Of a stretch of 64,000 nt of DNA, positions 29,316 through 38,807 are shown one piece after another. The stretch is from Candidatus Micrarchaeia archaeon (GTDB lineage: Archaea > Micrarchaeota > Micrarchaeia > CABMEP01). Within the stretch, counting starts at the first letter, position 1, and each line of letters begins with the position of its first letter. Under the pieces are notes generated by a model. The model was not told the DNA's origin, made no database searches, and worked only from the letters and a program-made list of their open reading frames with translations. The stretch is taken from NCBI GenBank assembly GCA_038886535.1, contig JAVZXS010000001.1, positions 64,001-128,000 on the forward strand, written 5' to 3'. Both the position numbers and the translations under genes were made by a program.

Positions 29316-29558
29316 ATGGTATCTCCCACAATAAGAGGAGGACGTTCTGTCAAGATTCGTCTAGAGGCTGTAAAGAAGCAGTTGAAACAGAAATACAAGT
29401 GCCCTTCATGTGGCAAGGTAAAAGTAAAAAGAATTTCAAGTGGAGTTTGGAAATGCAAATCCTGTTCTTATACTTTCGCAGGAGGAGCATATTCACCTAC
29501 TACACAATTCGGTGAAACAGTAGCACGTATAATATCTGACTACAATAAGAAGCAATGA
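29316..29558 (+). CDS. rpl37ae: 50S ribosomal protein L37Ae
   Basis: CPSC..VKRISSGVWKCKSC..FAGGAY. Confidence 0.95.
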   Translation: MVSPTIRGGRSVKIRLEAVKKQLKQKYKCPSCGKVKVKRISSGVWKCKSCSYTFAGGAYSPTTQFGETVARIISDYNKKQ

Positions 29559-29594
29559 AGTGTAAGAAAAGTTATAATCTAAAAAGGTGATACT

Positions 29595-29723
29595 TTGTAT
29601 ATCTGTGGAAACTGCGGAAAAGAAATAGAAGAAATAACGAACTTTGTAAGGTGTCCTTACTGTGCTTGGAGGATTCTTTACAAACCACGTCTCCCAGTAG
29701 CAAGAGTTGTTAAAACAGATTAA
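29595..29723 (+). CDS. rpoP: RNA polymerase subunit P (Rpo12); not in ORF track
   Basis: AGGTGA SD, TTG start: MYICGNCGKEIEEITNFVRCPYCAWRILYKPRLPVARVVKTD; canonical position after L37Ae. Confidence 0.95.
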   Translation: MYICGNCGKEIEEITNFVRCPYCAWRILYKPRLPVARVVKTD

Positions 29724-29767
29724 TTTTTTTTGACCTTTTTCATTTTGATATAATCTTTAGTGATCTG

Positions 29768-30271
29768 ATGTACGTCACTACAAGTAGAAAACCATCTCTT
29801 TCTACTAAGATTTTAGCATCAAATCTTGCAACATTTCTAAATTCAAAGTACGAACCTAGAGGGAAAAAATCAATCGAAGATGTTATAAGTAGAGCAGATG
29901 AGTTAGGATACACAAGAATAATTATTGTAAGCGAGACAAAAGGCAATCCAAATAAACTTTCCTTCATAGATATTAGTGATGAATGGAGATGGGTTTTTCC
30001 GTTCATAATATTTTCAGTTGATACTAAGTTTGTACATAAGAAGATAGGTAGAATAAATAAGGAAGTTGAAATGATAATAAAAAATAGCAGTAAGTCAGAA
30101 AAGGCTAAAAGAATAGCAGATTTGTTTGTTATTCCAGAACCAACAACTGATGATACAACAAAGTTTATAATATCAGACAATTCATTACTATTCAAGTATA
30201 AAGATAAACGAATGCAATTAAAGATAAAAGAACTTTTGGAGTCAAGGAGATCTGAAGAACATTCTGATTAA
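29768..30271 (+). CDS. Brix/Imp4-domain ribosome biogenesis protein
   Basis: TTSRKPS, RGKKS, ETKGNP; synteny. Confidence 0.9.
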   Translation: MYVTTSRKPSLSTKILASNLATFLNSKYEPRGKKSIEDVISRADELGYTRIIIVSETKGNPNKLSFIDISDEWRWVFPFIIFSVDTKFVHKKIGRINKEVEMIIKNSSKSEKAKRIADLFVIPEPTTDDTTKFIISDNSLLFKYKDKRMQLKIKELLESRRSEEHSD

Positions 30272-30296
30272 TAATAGCATCTGATTAATAATAGCA
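30263..30296 (+). repeat. 17-bp tandem duplication TCTGATTAATAATAGCA x2
   Basis: Exact copies at 30263-30279 and 30280-30296, spanning the Brix stop codon. Confidence 0.85.
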
Positions 30297-30313
30297 GATT
30301 TTAAGGTGTTTTA

Positions 30314-30556
30314 ATGAAAATAAAGCTAACTATAGAAATGCCTTTTAATAATAAAAAAGAATTAGATGACGCATATAAATCTTTGCAGCCAGAACTTGAA
30401 TTTAAGGGAAGAGCAAAGATAAGTCTTTCAAAATCAGATAAAACTTTAATAATATTAATAACCGCTGATGATCTTGCTTCTCTTCATGCAGCAGTTGGGT
30501 CTCAACTTAGAGCTTTAAAAGTTATTAAGGGGGTTCAGAACTTTGCAGAAGAGTAA
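30314..30556 (+). CDS. pcc1: KEOPS subunit Pcc1
   Basis: SLQPE, ITADDLASLHAAV; synteny. Confidence 0.85.
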   Translation: MKIKLTIEMPFNNKKELDDAYKSLQPELEFKGRAKISLSKSDKTLIILITADDLASLHAAVGSQLRALKVIKGVQNFAEE

Positions 30557-30657
30557 ATAAAAGATAGAATGATATAAAGTAGGTAAAGATTATTAAATTT
30601 CATAATATATAAGTAATTGGAATGTTTGTAAGCAGTTCATATTAACGAGGTGTTTTT

Positions 30658-30954
30658 ATGGAAGAAGACAGACAATTGGAATTGCAGTCACTGCAGCAAC
30701 AGCTTCAGATACTCTCTCTTCAGAAGCAACAGATGAAAATACAGTCTGATGAGATAGACCACGCTCTAAAAGAGATAGAATCTGCAAAAGGAGACATATA
30801 TCGGTTGGTAGGTCCTATCCTTCTTAAATCAACAAAAGAGGAAGTGGTAAAGGATCTTAATGACAAAAAGGCAACATTGGAAGCAAGAATACAGATATTA
30901 GAAAAACAGGAAGAAAGAATAAAGAAGCAATTACAAGAATCAAAGAAAAAATAA
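30658..30954 (+). CDS. pfdB: Prefoldin beta subunit
   Basis: Coiled coils flanking IYRLVGPILLK. Confidence 0.92.
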   Translation: MEEDRQLELQSLQQQLQILSLQKQQMKIQSDEIDHALKEIESAKGDIYRLVGPILLKSTKEEVVKDLNDKKATLEARIQILEKQEERIKKQLQESKKK

Positions 30955-31027
30955 GTAAAACAAGCAAAGAAACTACAAATAAGCAACAAACAAAAAGATT
31001 AAATCCAATTTTAATTTGTTAAATTTG

Positions 31028-31366
31028 TCAATATAAAAATTTCTTTTCTATCTTTCCATTTTTTATTTTTATTCCATCTCTCTTTAGGAGTTCAATCTTT
31101 TTCTTCACACCGCCCTTTGCAGAATATCCTCCAACCTCACCATTGCTTTTAACAACTTTGTAGCAAGGAATTTTTTCAGGATTTTTATTTCTTCTCATTA
31201 GATTTCCAACAACACGCGCTGCTTTATTGTTTCCGGCAAGCTCAGCCAGCCTTTTATAGGTTATTACCTTACCTTTTGGTATCTTTCTAAGGATAGAGTA
31301 AACTCTTTCTTTAAATTTAATTCCATTATCGTTATTTCTAATTTCTTTATTTTTCATATTTGTCAT
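31028..31366 (-). CDS. ogt: O6-alkylguanine DNA alkyltransferase family protein (single domain)
   Basis: IPKGKVITYKRLA, AARVVG, IPCYKVV (PCHRV variant), KIELLKRDG. Confidence 0.85.
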   Translation of the reverse strand: MTNMKNKEIRNNDNGIKFKERVYSILRKIPKGKVITYKRLAELAGNNKAARVVGNLMRRNKNPEKIPCYKVVKSNGEVGGYSAKGGVKKKIELLKRDGIKIKNGKIEKKFLY

Positions 31367-31437
31367 ATTTTATCTAGTTATAGATATCAACTAAACAGAT
31401 TTTAAAACTTATACACCAATATCTTTTCAGTGAGCAA

Positions 31438-32280
31438 ATGCCATTAGACTCAGGAATTGTTGCATATATATTAACACCTATTCTTCTTTTTATAGGTATT
31501 CTTCTTTTTTGGTTTATTCAGTCTGCTGTTTTGCTTTTTGTAGCAAGGAGATTTATATTTCCATCGCTATATAAATACAGATTGACAGAATGGTTTATTA
31601 TTGAATTTGCGATTGCTATACATGAATTATCCCATTTCTTTGCAGCATTTTTTACTGGTTCTGAGATAAATTTAAAAGAATCGTTCGTAACATCAAAAGG
31701 AGGAAGAATAGCAGCAAGATCCTCTCAATCTATAGGAGGCTGGATCTCAATAATAATAGCTGCATTCGCACCAGCCTTTATCCCGTCATTGGTTCTTTTT
31801 ATCTTAAGCATAATCTTATTTCAAGTAAATATACCGATGTATAAAGTATTGGATGCTAAGCCAAACATAGGTCTTGATTCCTACATCTCTATTCTGTCAT
31901 CAATAGTTCTTCCCTTGTTTAATTTATTATTATCATTAATAATCTCACCTTCACTATTTTCGATTATTTTCATCTACTTTATGATAGTATTCTCTCTTAC
32001 TTCTGCTCCAAGTGAAGATGATTGGAAGGCAAGCTATTCTGTTCTCTTTTCATTCCCAGTAATCCCCTTGCTTATAGTCTTTATACTTCTGAACTTTGTA
32101 TCAATACAGTTCAACTTTAATCTCCTTCTATTCATTTTGACAATTCTTTCCATTGTTTTTTTATTCGTATCATTCGGTATTTTGTTTAATTTAATGTTTG
32201 TTATTCTGATAAAATTGCTTGAGAGGGTGTGGATTTCAATATCAGCGCAGATAAGAAAGTCATTAAAGATTTACGATTGA
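31438..32280 (+). CDS. Membrane metalloprotease-like protein (M50-like)
   Basis: HELSH zinc motif in a hydrophobic context, AFAP, APSEDD; several TM helices. Confidence 0.65.
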   Translation: MPLDSGIVAYILTPILLFIGILLFWFIQSAVLLFVARRFIFPSLYKYRLTEWFIIEFAIAIHELSHFFAAFFTGSEINLKESFVTSKGGRIAARSSQSIGGWISIIIAAFAPAFIPSLVLFILSIILFQVNIPMYKVLDAKPNIGLDSYISILSSIVLPLFNLLLSLIISPSLFSIIFIYFMIVFSLTSAPSEDDWKASYSVLFSFPVIPLLIVFILLNFVSIQFNFNLLLFILTILSIVFLFVSFGILFNLMFVILIKLLERVWISISAQIRKSLKIYD

Positions 32281-32796
32281 ATGATTCCTAGAGTGATCGG
32301 GATGGTAGAAAAGGTTTCAAGAAAAAGTAAAAAAATAAAAGTAGGATGGTTCACATTCACATGCTGCGAAGGTTGTGCTATTATATTCATAGAGCTTTTG
32401 AATGACAGATTTAAGGAATGGTCTGAAAAGATTGAATTCAGACATTTTAAAATCCTCAAATCTAAGAATGATTTAGACGAACTTGATCTTGCGATCGTAG
32501 AAGGCGCAATATCAACAAAAGACGAGGTTAATCTTTTGAAAGAAATAAGAGAAAAATCAAAATTTGTTATGGCTGTAGGTTCTTGTGCTCTTACAGGCAT
32601 GCCAGCAGGATTAAGGAACAATTTCGACAATGAGAAAAAGAAAGAAATAGAGCAAATATTGAAAAAATTTGATTACTTGGATTCAGTTGAGCCAGTTTCA
32701 AAGTTTATCAGAGTTGATTTCAGAGTACCTGGTTGTCCAATGGATGGAAATCAATTTGTAAAAGAACTTTCTTCCTTCATCGAACAACATTCATGA
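32281..32796 (+). CDS. [NiFe]-hydrogenase small subunit, group 3-like, proximal cluster only
   Basis: TCCEGC, VEGAI, AVGSCA, VPGCP; ends soon after, no medial/distal Fe-S Cys; start may be ATG 32302. Confidence 0.9.
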   Translation: MIPRVIGMVEKVSRKSKKIKVGWFTFTCCEGCAIIFIELLNDRFKEWSEKIEFRHFKILKSKNDLDELDLAIVEGAISTKDEVNLLKEIREKSKFVMAVGSCALTGMPAGLRNNFDNEKKKEIEQILKKFDYLDSVEPVSKFIRVDFRVPGCPMDGNQFVKELSSFIEQHS

Positions 32797-32820
32797 TTTC
32801 AAATAACTAAAGGTGATTAT

Positions 32821-34110
32821 ATGCATAATATTTCAGATATATCTATAAAAGATTTGAGCAAAATTGAAGGACATGCAAGTGTAGAAATAAAAATAAAAAG
32901 CGGAAAAGTGGAAAGTGCTAAATTGAAGATAGTGGAAAATAAACGATTTTATACTCAGGCAATAAGAGGAATGAGTATAGATAATATATATTCTATAGTT
33001 TCAAGAATATGTGGTACATGCAGCATTTCCCATATGACATGCTGCATAGAAGCGATTGAAAATTCATTAGGGATCGAGCCATCAGAACAAACAATGAAGC
33101 TAAGACATCTTTCAATGTTCGGTACAATTCTCAGGGACCATGCAATGCATTTATACATGTTTTGTCTTCCAGATATATTCAATAAAGATTCCATATTGGA
33201 TTTTGACAAGAAACAAATGAAAATAGTTGAAAACGGCCTTAAGGTAAAAAAAGCAGCAAATAATCTTGCAACCATTGTTGCAGGAAGAGCGGTACATGCG
33301 CTTTATCCTAGGATTGGAGGTTTTTCATCTGTACCAAGCAAGGATTCAATTAAAAATTCAATTTCAGAGCTTGCTTCTGTAAGAGAACACGTCATTGATC
33401 TTGTAGAACTATTTTTTGATTCTCAATTTGAATTTTTCTGCAGTGCAAGGAACGTTGCATTAGTGGATAAAAAATTTAACTTTGTAGAAGGTAGGATACA
33501 GGATTCCACTGGATTGAAAGTGGAGGAAAATGATTTTCCAGAGCATCTGCATAGAGTTGTCATTCCTTATTCGCAAGCAACAGGTTTTAAGTTCAAAGGT
33601 GAGGAATATATTGTCGGTTCACTGTCAAGGTTAAATCTTAATCTACAAAATATGCATAGTGATACCTTAAGAGATTTATCTGAGTTTACATCTGTATTTC
33701 CTTCAAAAAATATATTTCATAACAATCTTGCACAGGCTATAGAAATGTTACATTGCATAGATGCCTCAATAGAGATACTAGAAAATAGCAACTTTAAGGA
33801 AGAAAAATTACCAGATCTAACCAAATATAAAGAAAAAAAGGGAAAGGGCATTGGTGTGGTAGAAGCGCCGAGAGGCACTCTGTATTATGAGTTAAATATA
33901 GATAAAGGAATTGTAAAAGATGGATTGCTTGTCATTCCAACAGCCCAGAATCAGGTTAATATGGAAAGAGACATCAAAGAATTAGTGCAACAAAACCTAG
34001 ACGAAGGATTAGATAGGCATACTATTGAACACAACATAGAGAAACTAATAAGAGCATATGATCCATGCATGTCTTGCGCAAGTCACTTTTTAAGGGTTAG
34101 ATGGAGCTAA
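32821..34110 (+). CDS. [NiFe]-hydrogenase large subunit, group 3b/3d-like
   Basis: KIEGH, L1 RICGTCSISH, EAPRGTL, L2 YDPCMSCASH plus cleavable tail FLRVRWS. Confidence 0.95.
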   Translation: MHNISDISIKDLSKIEGHASVEIKIKSGKVESAKLKIVENKRFYTQAIRGMSIDNIYSIVSRICGTCSISHMTCCIEAIENSLGIEPSEQTMKLRHLSMFGTILRDHAMHLYMFCLPDIFNKDSILDFDKKQMKIVENGLKVKKAANNLATIVAGRAVHALYPRIGGFSSVPSKDSIKNSISELASVREHVIDLVELFFDSQFEFFCSARNVALVDKKFNFVEGRIQDSTGLKVEENDFPEHLHRVVIPYSQATGFKFKGEEYIVGSLSRLNLNLQNMHSDTLRDLSEFTSVFPSKNIFHNNLAQAIEMLHCIDASIEILENSNFKEEKLPDLTKYKEKKGKGIGVVEAPRGTLYYELNIDKGIVKDGLLVIPTAQNQVNMERDIKELVQQNLDEGLDRHTIEHNIEKLIRAYDPCMSCASHFLRVRWS

Positions 34111-34491
34111 AGTTTCATTTAATAATTTTTCTATCTCCTTAATTGCCTTTCTTTTTTTATATCCCATCGGAATAGCGAATATATTTATTTTCTTTATTTT
34201 TCCAATTTTTTTCATTATTTTCAATGTCATTCCAAGATCAAAATCATGCATCGAACATCTTCTATTCTCACATATTTCATCAATATTAGTTATCAATCTT
34301 ACATTCTCTACTCCATCTACAGTATCGATTATGTTGATTTCGTTTTCATCTTCTATTTCATCTGGGTATTCCGCAGGAATAAATTTAATCATTGGGAATT
34401 TTTTCTCTAACTCTGGAATTATTTCAAGAGGCAAGCTATCATTTTTTATTAGCGGATTTCCAAAGCAATAGACCTTCAAATGCTCATTCAT
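34090..34491 (-). CDS. Hydrogenase maturation protease-like protein
   Basis: CFGNPLIKND, IIDTV, SMHDFDL; adjacent to the large subunit. Confidence 0.8.
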   Translation of the reverse strand: MNEHLKVYCFGNPLIKNDSLPLEIIPELEKKFPMIKFIPAEYPDEIEDENEINIIDTVDGVENVRLITNIDEICENRRCSMHDFDLGMTLKIMKKIGKIKKINIFAIPMGYKKRKAIKEIEKLLNETLAPSNP

Positions 34492-34604
34492 TATTTCACT
34501 CTAAACAAAAACAAATAAAATAGGAAAAATAAATTAAGACGAAACAAAATTAAAATAAATTGAAAATAAAGGTCACCAATTTTTATCAATTTAAAGGTCA
34601 TCAA

Positions 34605-34838
34605 TTATATCTTTCTTTTTCCTTTGTCTTCGATATGTATGCAGTTGACAGGGCATGCCTCTGCAGCATCCTGATTGCATGCTATATCTTTAACTTCCAA
34701 TTCAAATACATTTCCATTCTTCTTAGCTCCAATCAATTCAGACTTGCCATCGCTCGCCATTTTCCAGTATTTTGAACATACTGCTGCGCATGTACCACAT
34801 CCAATGCATGCATCTCTATCGTGTATTATTTTTGCCAT
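34605..34838 (-). CDS. Monocluster ferredoxin
   Basis: CIGCGTCAAVC...ACPVNCI. Confidence 0.93.
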   Translation of the reverse strand: MAKIIHDRDACIGCGTCAAVCSKYWKMASDGKSELIGAKKNGNVFELEVKDIACNQDAAEACPVNCIHIEDKGKRKI

Positions 34839-34860
34839 TATAGCACCTCTATCAATCCAA

Positions 34861-35535
34861 TTAAATTAAGCTTTTATCATTATTTTTAACAGCTTCCTTT
34901 AAAACCTTAACGTTTTCATTATCCTTTCCGAATGATTCTTCAAGTATTTCTATAATCGTTTTTTGTTTTATTTTCAAATGTTTATTTTTGATTATCTTTC
35001 CTAAGAGATAGATATTAGAATACATATTACTGCCTGTAATTTGCTTTGTAATTTCAGATGCAGGATATATAAAAATCTCTTTAATGTGCGGTTTGATCCT
35101 TGTTTTGATTTCATCCAAAGAAGGATAGCTTATATTTTCTATATCCATCCTGGTAGGTTTGATCTGAATAGAATCTGAATATACAATCGTTTTTTCTTTA
35201 TTACAATATTTTATTAATGATTGTGTCTCAAGCGGCTCTAATGCTATTATTATGTCTGCAGACATATTTGGCACTATGGTTGTTTTCACGTTTTTTCCAA
35301 TCCTTAAGTGGAATTCAGTATGTCCAAATCTTTTGGCCAAACCATGGAGTTCGCTAGTCATAACGTTGTTTCCTTCTCTTTGAGCAGCCAATGAAATAAG
35401 GCTTCCTAGCGTCATTACTCCTTGTCCCCCAACACCGGTTATTATTATATTGATCTCTTCATTTTCATTTTTTTCGTTTTTATTGTTTTTAGATCTTCCA
35501 TTTTCTTTTCCATTCGGCATTTTTAACCACCACAA
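34861..35535 (-). CDS. iorB: Indolepyruvate:ferredoxin oxidoreductase beta subunit
   Basis: GVGGQG, SELHGLAKRFG, ALEPLE. Confidence 0.9.
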   Translation of the reverse strand: MWWLKMPNGKENGRSKNNKNEKNENEEINIIITGVGGQGVMTLGSLISLAAQREGNNVMTSELHGLAKRFGHTEFHLRIGKNVKTTIVPNMSADIIIALEPLETQSLIKYCNKEKTIVYSDSIQIKPTRMDIENISYPSLDEIKTRIKPHIKEIFIYPASEITKQITGSNMYSNIYLLGKIIKNKHLKIKQKTIIEILEESFGKDNENVKVLKEAVKNNDKSLI

Positions 35536-35536
35536 A

Positions 35537-37390
35537 TTAAGCTTTTTTATCTTCGCTTATTTTCGGTTTAATTGCACTATATGGACATATCTGCGAGCAT
35601 ACAGTGCATCCCCAACACATGTCCTCTGAGATATAGTATTTATTCTCCTTTTTATCATAATGAATTGCAGGACATCCATACTCTATACATCTTCCACATT
35701 TCTTACATAGCTCTTCATGAATTTGATAGATAGGTACTTTTATCTTGTTTTTTCTTGCGTTTCTCATAAACATTAATCTGCAAGGTTGCCTATAAACAAC
35801 AACCCTTACTCCTTTCTTTTCTTTAACTGCCTTCATTATTTCTTGAGATTTCTTAGTGTCAAAAGGATTAACTACATATACATCTGCACCCATTGCCCTG
35901 CAAACTTCTTCTATTGATATCTTAGGTGCGCTTTCACCACATCTTATTCCAGTTCCAGCATGCGGTTGTTGTCCGGTCATAGCTGTTGTGCCATTGTCAA
36001 GAATGATTATTATCATATCTGATTGATTGTATATCGCATTTGCGATCTCAGGTAATCCTGCATGGAAGAAAGTAGAATCACCCATAAATGAGACTACTGT
36101 CTTTCCAGTTGCCTTATGTATACCATGTGCAATTCCAGTTCCTGCGCCCATGGAAATGATATAATCTTGCATATCAATTGGATTATAAATTCCTAGAATA
36201 TAACATCCTATATCTCCACCATATGTGAGACCTCTTCCTAATACTTCTTTAGTGTTCCAGAAGCTAGCTCTATGTGGACAGCCCGGACATAGGATAGGAT
36301 CTCTCTTAAATACATCAGGCGGTGTTTTCTTTTCTTCAACTGGAGGAAGATTTAGAATGGAAACAATCGCATTTACAACCTTTTCAGTTCTCATCTCTCC
36401 TATTGGAGGAATAAGATCATTGCCATGCACTTTGATTTTCAATTCATTATCTGCAACTACAGATTTTACATGCTGGGCTACAAAATCTTCGATTTCTTCG
36501 ACAACCAATATATTTTTCAATTCAAATTCTTTAATAAATTCAGCAATCTTCTTCTTTGGATAAGGATAAAACGAAAGTTTTAGGATAGGTAATTTTCTAT
36601 TCAATCTATCACAAGCCTCTAATGCATAATTGAATGACACTCCAGTTGCTATTATACCAAGTCCTCCTTTATCTCCTTTTATTACTTTGTTAAATTCAGA
36701 TTTTTCGCTTTCTTCCTCTAACTTTAGCATTATATCATGAAGCTCTTTATGTCTGTCAATGATTTTTGGAGGCATTGTGTTCCATTTATCATCTTTCTTG
36801 AATTCTCCTTCCCCTAGACTCTTGCCTTTCTTTATCTCTCCAAGCTTGACAATTGATTTTCCATAAGCTACTCTAGTAGTCATTCTTATAATAGCAGGAA
36901 TTCCATATTTTTCAGAGAGTTCAAATGCAAATTTTGTGAAATCCTTAGCTTCCTGTGAGTTAGAAGGCTCAAGCATTGGCATGTGTCCTATTTTTGCAAA
37001 GAACCTTGTATCCTGTTCGCTTTGACCTGAACTCCAGCAGTTTGGATCATCTGAAAAAACAATAACCATTCCTCCTTTCACTCCATGATAAGCAAGCGGA
37101 AAGACGCTATCGGATGCTACATTGAATCCAAAATGCTTAAATGAAACCATGGATCTTAGACCTGAGAACGCGGCTCCTGCTGCAACTTCTGCAGCTACCT
37201 TTTCATTTGTGCAGTATTCAAAATAAACTCCGGTTTCTTTTGAAATCTTACAAAATAAGTCTCCAACCTCTGAAACAGGCGTTCCAGGGTAGGTTGTAGA
37301 TATAGAAATACCTGCTTCAAGTGCGCCTCTTACTATTGCCTCGTCTCCTAAAAGTAAAACATTGCCTTTCGGCTTGAGTACATCTTCCAT
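35537..37390 (-). CDS. iorA: Indolepyruvate:ferredoxin oxidoreductase alpha subunit
   Basis: YPGTP, NEKVA, LCPGCPHR, DIGCY, GDSTFFHAG, AMTGQQP, two C-terminal Fe-S motifs. Confidence 0.97.
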   Translation of the reverse strand: MEDVLKPKGNVLLLGDEAIVRGALEAGISISTTYPGTPVSEVGDLFCKISKETGVYFEYCTNEKVAAEVAAGAAFSGLRSMVSFKHFGFNVASDSVFPLAYHGVKGGMVIVFSDDPNCWSSGQSEQDTRFFAKIGHMPMLEPSNSQEAKDFTKFAFELSEKYGIPAIIRMTTRVAYGKSIVKLGEIKKGKSLGEGEFKKDDKWNTMPPKIIDRHKELHDIMLKLEEESEKSEFNKVIKGDKGGLGIIATGVSFNYALEACDRLNRKLPILKLSFYPYPKKKIAEFIKEFELKNILVVEEIEDFVAQHVKSVVADNELKIKVHGNDLIPPIGEMRTEKVVNAIVSILNLPPVEEKKTPPDVFKRDPILCPGCPHRASFWNTKEVLGRGLTYGGDIGCYILGIYNPIDMQDYIISMGAGTGIAHGIHKATGKTVVSFMGDSTFFHAGLPEIANAIYNQSDMIIIILDNGTTAMTGQQPHAGTGIRCGESAPKISIEEVCRAMGADVYVVNPFDTKKSQEIMKAVKEKKGVRVVVYRQPCRLMFMRNARKNKIKVPIYQIHEELCKKCGRCIEYGCPAIHYDKKENKYYISEDMCWGCTVCSQICPYSAIKPKISEDKKA

Positions 37391-37419
37391 AATTGATATT
37401 TAGTGTGAAGATATTAAAA

Positions 37420-37487
37420 TATTGGCTCGGCAGTTACTTCGATCATCAAAGTTACCTCAGACTGGGACAGTATCGTCATCGCCAATA
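37420..37487 (-). ncRNA. C/D-box guide sRNA; D' guide predicted to direct 23S Gm2251 (E. coli numbering)
   Basis: Minus strand: TATTGGC-G-ATGACGA(C)-TACTGTCCCAGT-CTGA(D')-GGTAACTT-TGATGA(C')-TCGAAGTAACTG-CCGA(D)-GCCAATA; two 12-nt guides and a 7-bp terminal stem. Confidence 0.88.
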
Positions 37488-37542
37488 AGATTATGACGCT
37501 TTTATTTTTATTGCTTTTGTTTTTAGGCTAACAAACTAAATT

Positions 37543-38691
37543 TTATCTAACGCTTACTAATTCCATATACTCTGCAGTCATTCCCATTAATTCAAATTTT
37601 ACATTCAAGTTTCCTGTATTGTTTTCAGGAATGCTGTTTAGATCTATGTAATATTGCATTCTTCTTAAGTTTTCAGGTATGTAGATAGGAGTTCCATCAG
37701 ATCTTTCACCGATCTTTTCAGTAATCAGAAGGCAAGCCTTCTGGACTTTGAAAACAGAGCCGTGTTTGTTTATGAATTCTTCTACTTCGTTTTTGTTTGC
37801 ATTGTTTGAAAATAGAATCAGATAGGAGTCTGAAAATGTGAGAGACAAATTATAGTCTGAGGCGATGCTTTCTATTTTTTGCCTGTCAAATGAATCTGTA
37901 ATAATTCCCTTCGTATAAACTGTTGCATTTACGCCATTTTCATTCAGCTTTGAGTTGAATTCATTGATTTCAGTCTGGTTCAGATCCCTGTTGAATGTTA
38001 TCGCATCATTTTTAGTATAATTTATATCACTGCTGTTTATGCCTAGTTCAATAATCTCATCCATATTCAGGTTTCTATCCTCCCATCTTATCTTTCCTAC
38101 TATAGCATATAGATCATAGCATGCAAAACTTGCACTTACTATTCCATCTGCAGTTCTTGTAATCGGTTCTGCAGATATGGATTCAATTCCTTTATCGCTT
38201 ATATATGCAACAAGGTCAACATCTATTTCCTCTCCTACTCTGCTAAACGGATCTAGATAAAGCCTGATGTTCCCAGGTGCCTGTTTTGTTTCACTTCCAT
38301 TTTGCATATAGAAGGAGACAAGCCCATTAATAGTGCAGGAAGATTGAGCTAAGACATTTACATCTTCATTTATGTATGCGTTTCTTATCTTTTCTATATT
38401 TGATTTAGAAGAATATACTAAAATCCCTTTGTTTCCTATTATGTTTATATAATCAATATACCCTGCATCCTTTAATTCTCTGGCTATCTTCTGCGTGTTT
38501 TCATTCCAAGGCTGAATAATAATTTCATTTCCATACCCTGCTATCTTACATGTAGCGGTTCCTTTGCCCTGGCTTATGTTTGAAACAGTTTCATGACTGA
38601 TAGGAGTTCTTGTGAAGTTATAAAACATAGACATTATAAACATAAGAGCTATGAATGCAACTATGTATCTTACCATTTCTTTTCTTTCCAT
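37543..38691 (-). CDS. Membrane-anchored extracellular hypothetical protein
   Basis: N-terminal TM (YIVAFIALMFIMSMF), N-glycosylation sequons. Confidence 0.75.
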   Translation of the reverse strand: MERKEMVRYIVAFIALMFIMSMFYNFTRTPISHETVSNISQGKGTATCKIAGYGNEIIIQPWNENTQKIARELKDAGYIDYINIIGNKGILVYSSKSNIEKIRNAYINEDVNVLAQSSCTINGLVSFYMQNGSETKQAPGNIRLYLDPFSRVGEEIDVDLVAYISDKGIESISAEPITRTADGIVSASFACYDLYAIVGKIRWEDRNLNMDEIIELGINSSDINYTKNDAITFNRDLNQTEINEFNSKLNENGVNATVYTKGIITDSFDRQKIESIASDYNLSLTFSDSYLILFSNNANKNEVEEFINKHGSVFKVQKACLLITEKIGERSDGTPIYIPENLRRMQYYIDLNSIPENNTGNLNVKFELMGMTAEYMELVSVR

Positions 38692-38807
38692 TTGATCACT
38701 TCATTTAATTATAAGATAATGAGTAAAAATATTAGTCTTTAAAGATTTAAAAGGCTTAACACCATATATATCTTATCTGCAAATTATATTTGCTAGAGAG
38801 GGATAAT

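Noticed and set aside
30263..30296. 17-bp tandem repeat as CRISPR or target-site duplication
   Set aside because: Two abutting copies, no spacer or element; fits replication slippage (similar GAGCAATATA x2 near 1748-1767)
34567..34606. Imperfect direct repeat TAAAGGTCA(C/T)CAATT 25 bp apart between ferredoxin and protease genes
   Set aside because: Could be an operator, but only two copies in AT-rich DNA and no regulator nearby
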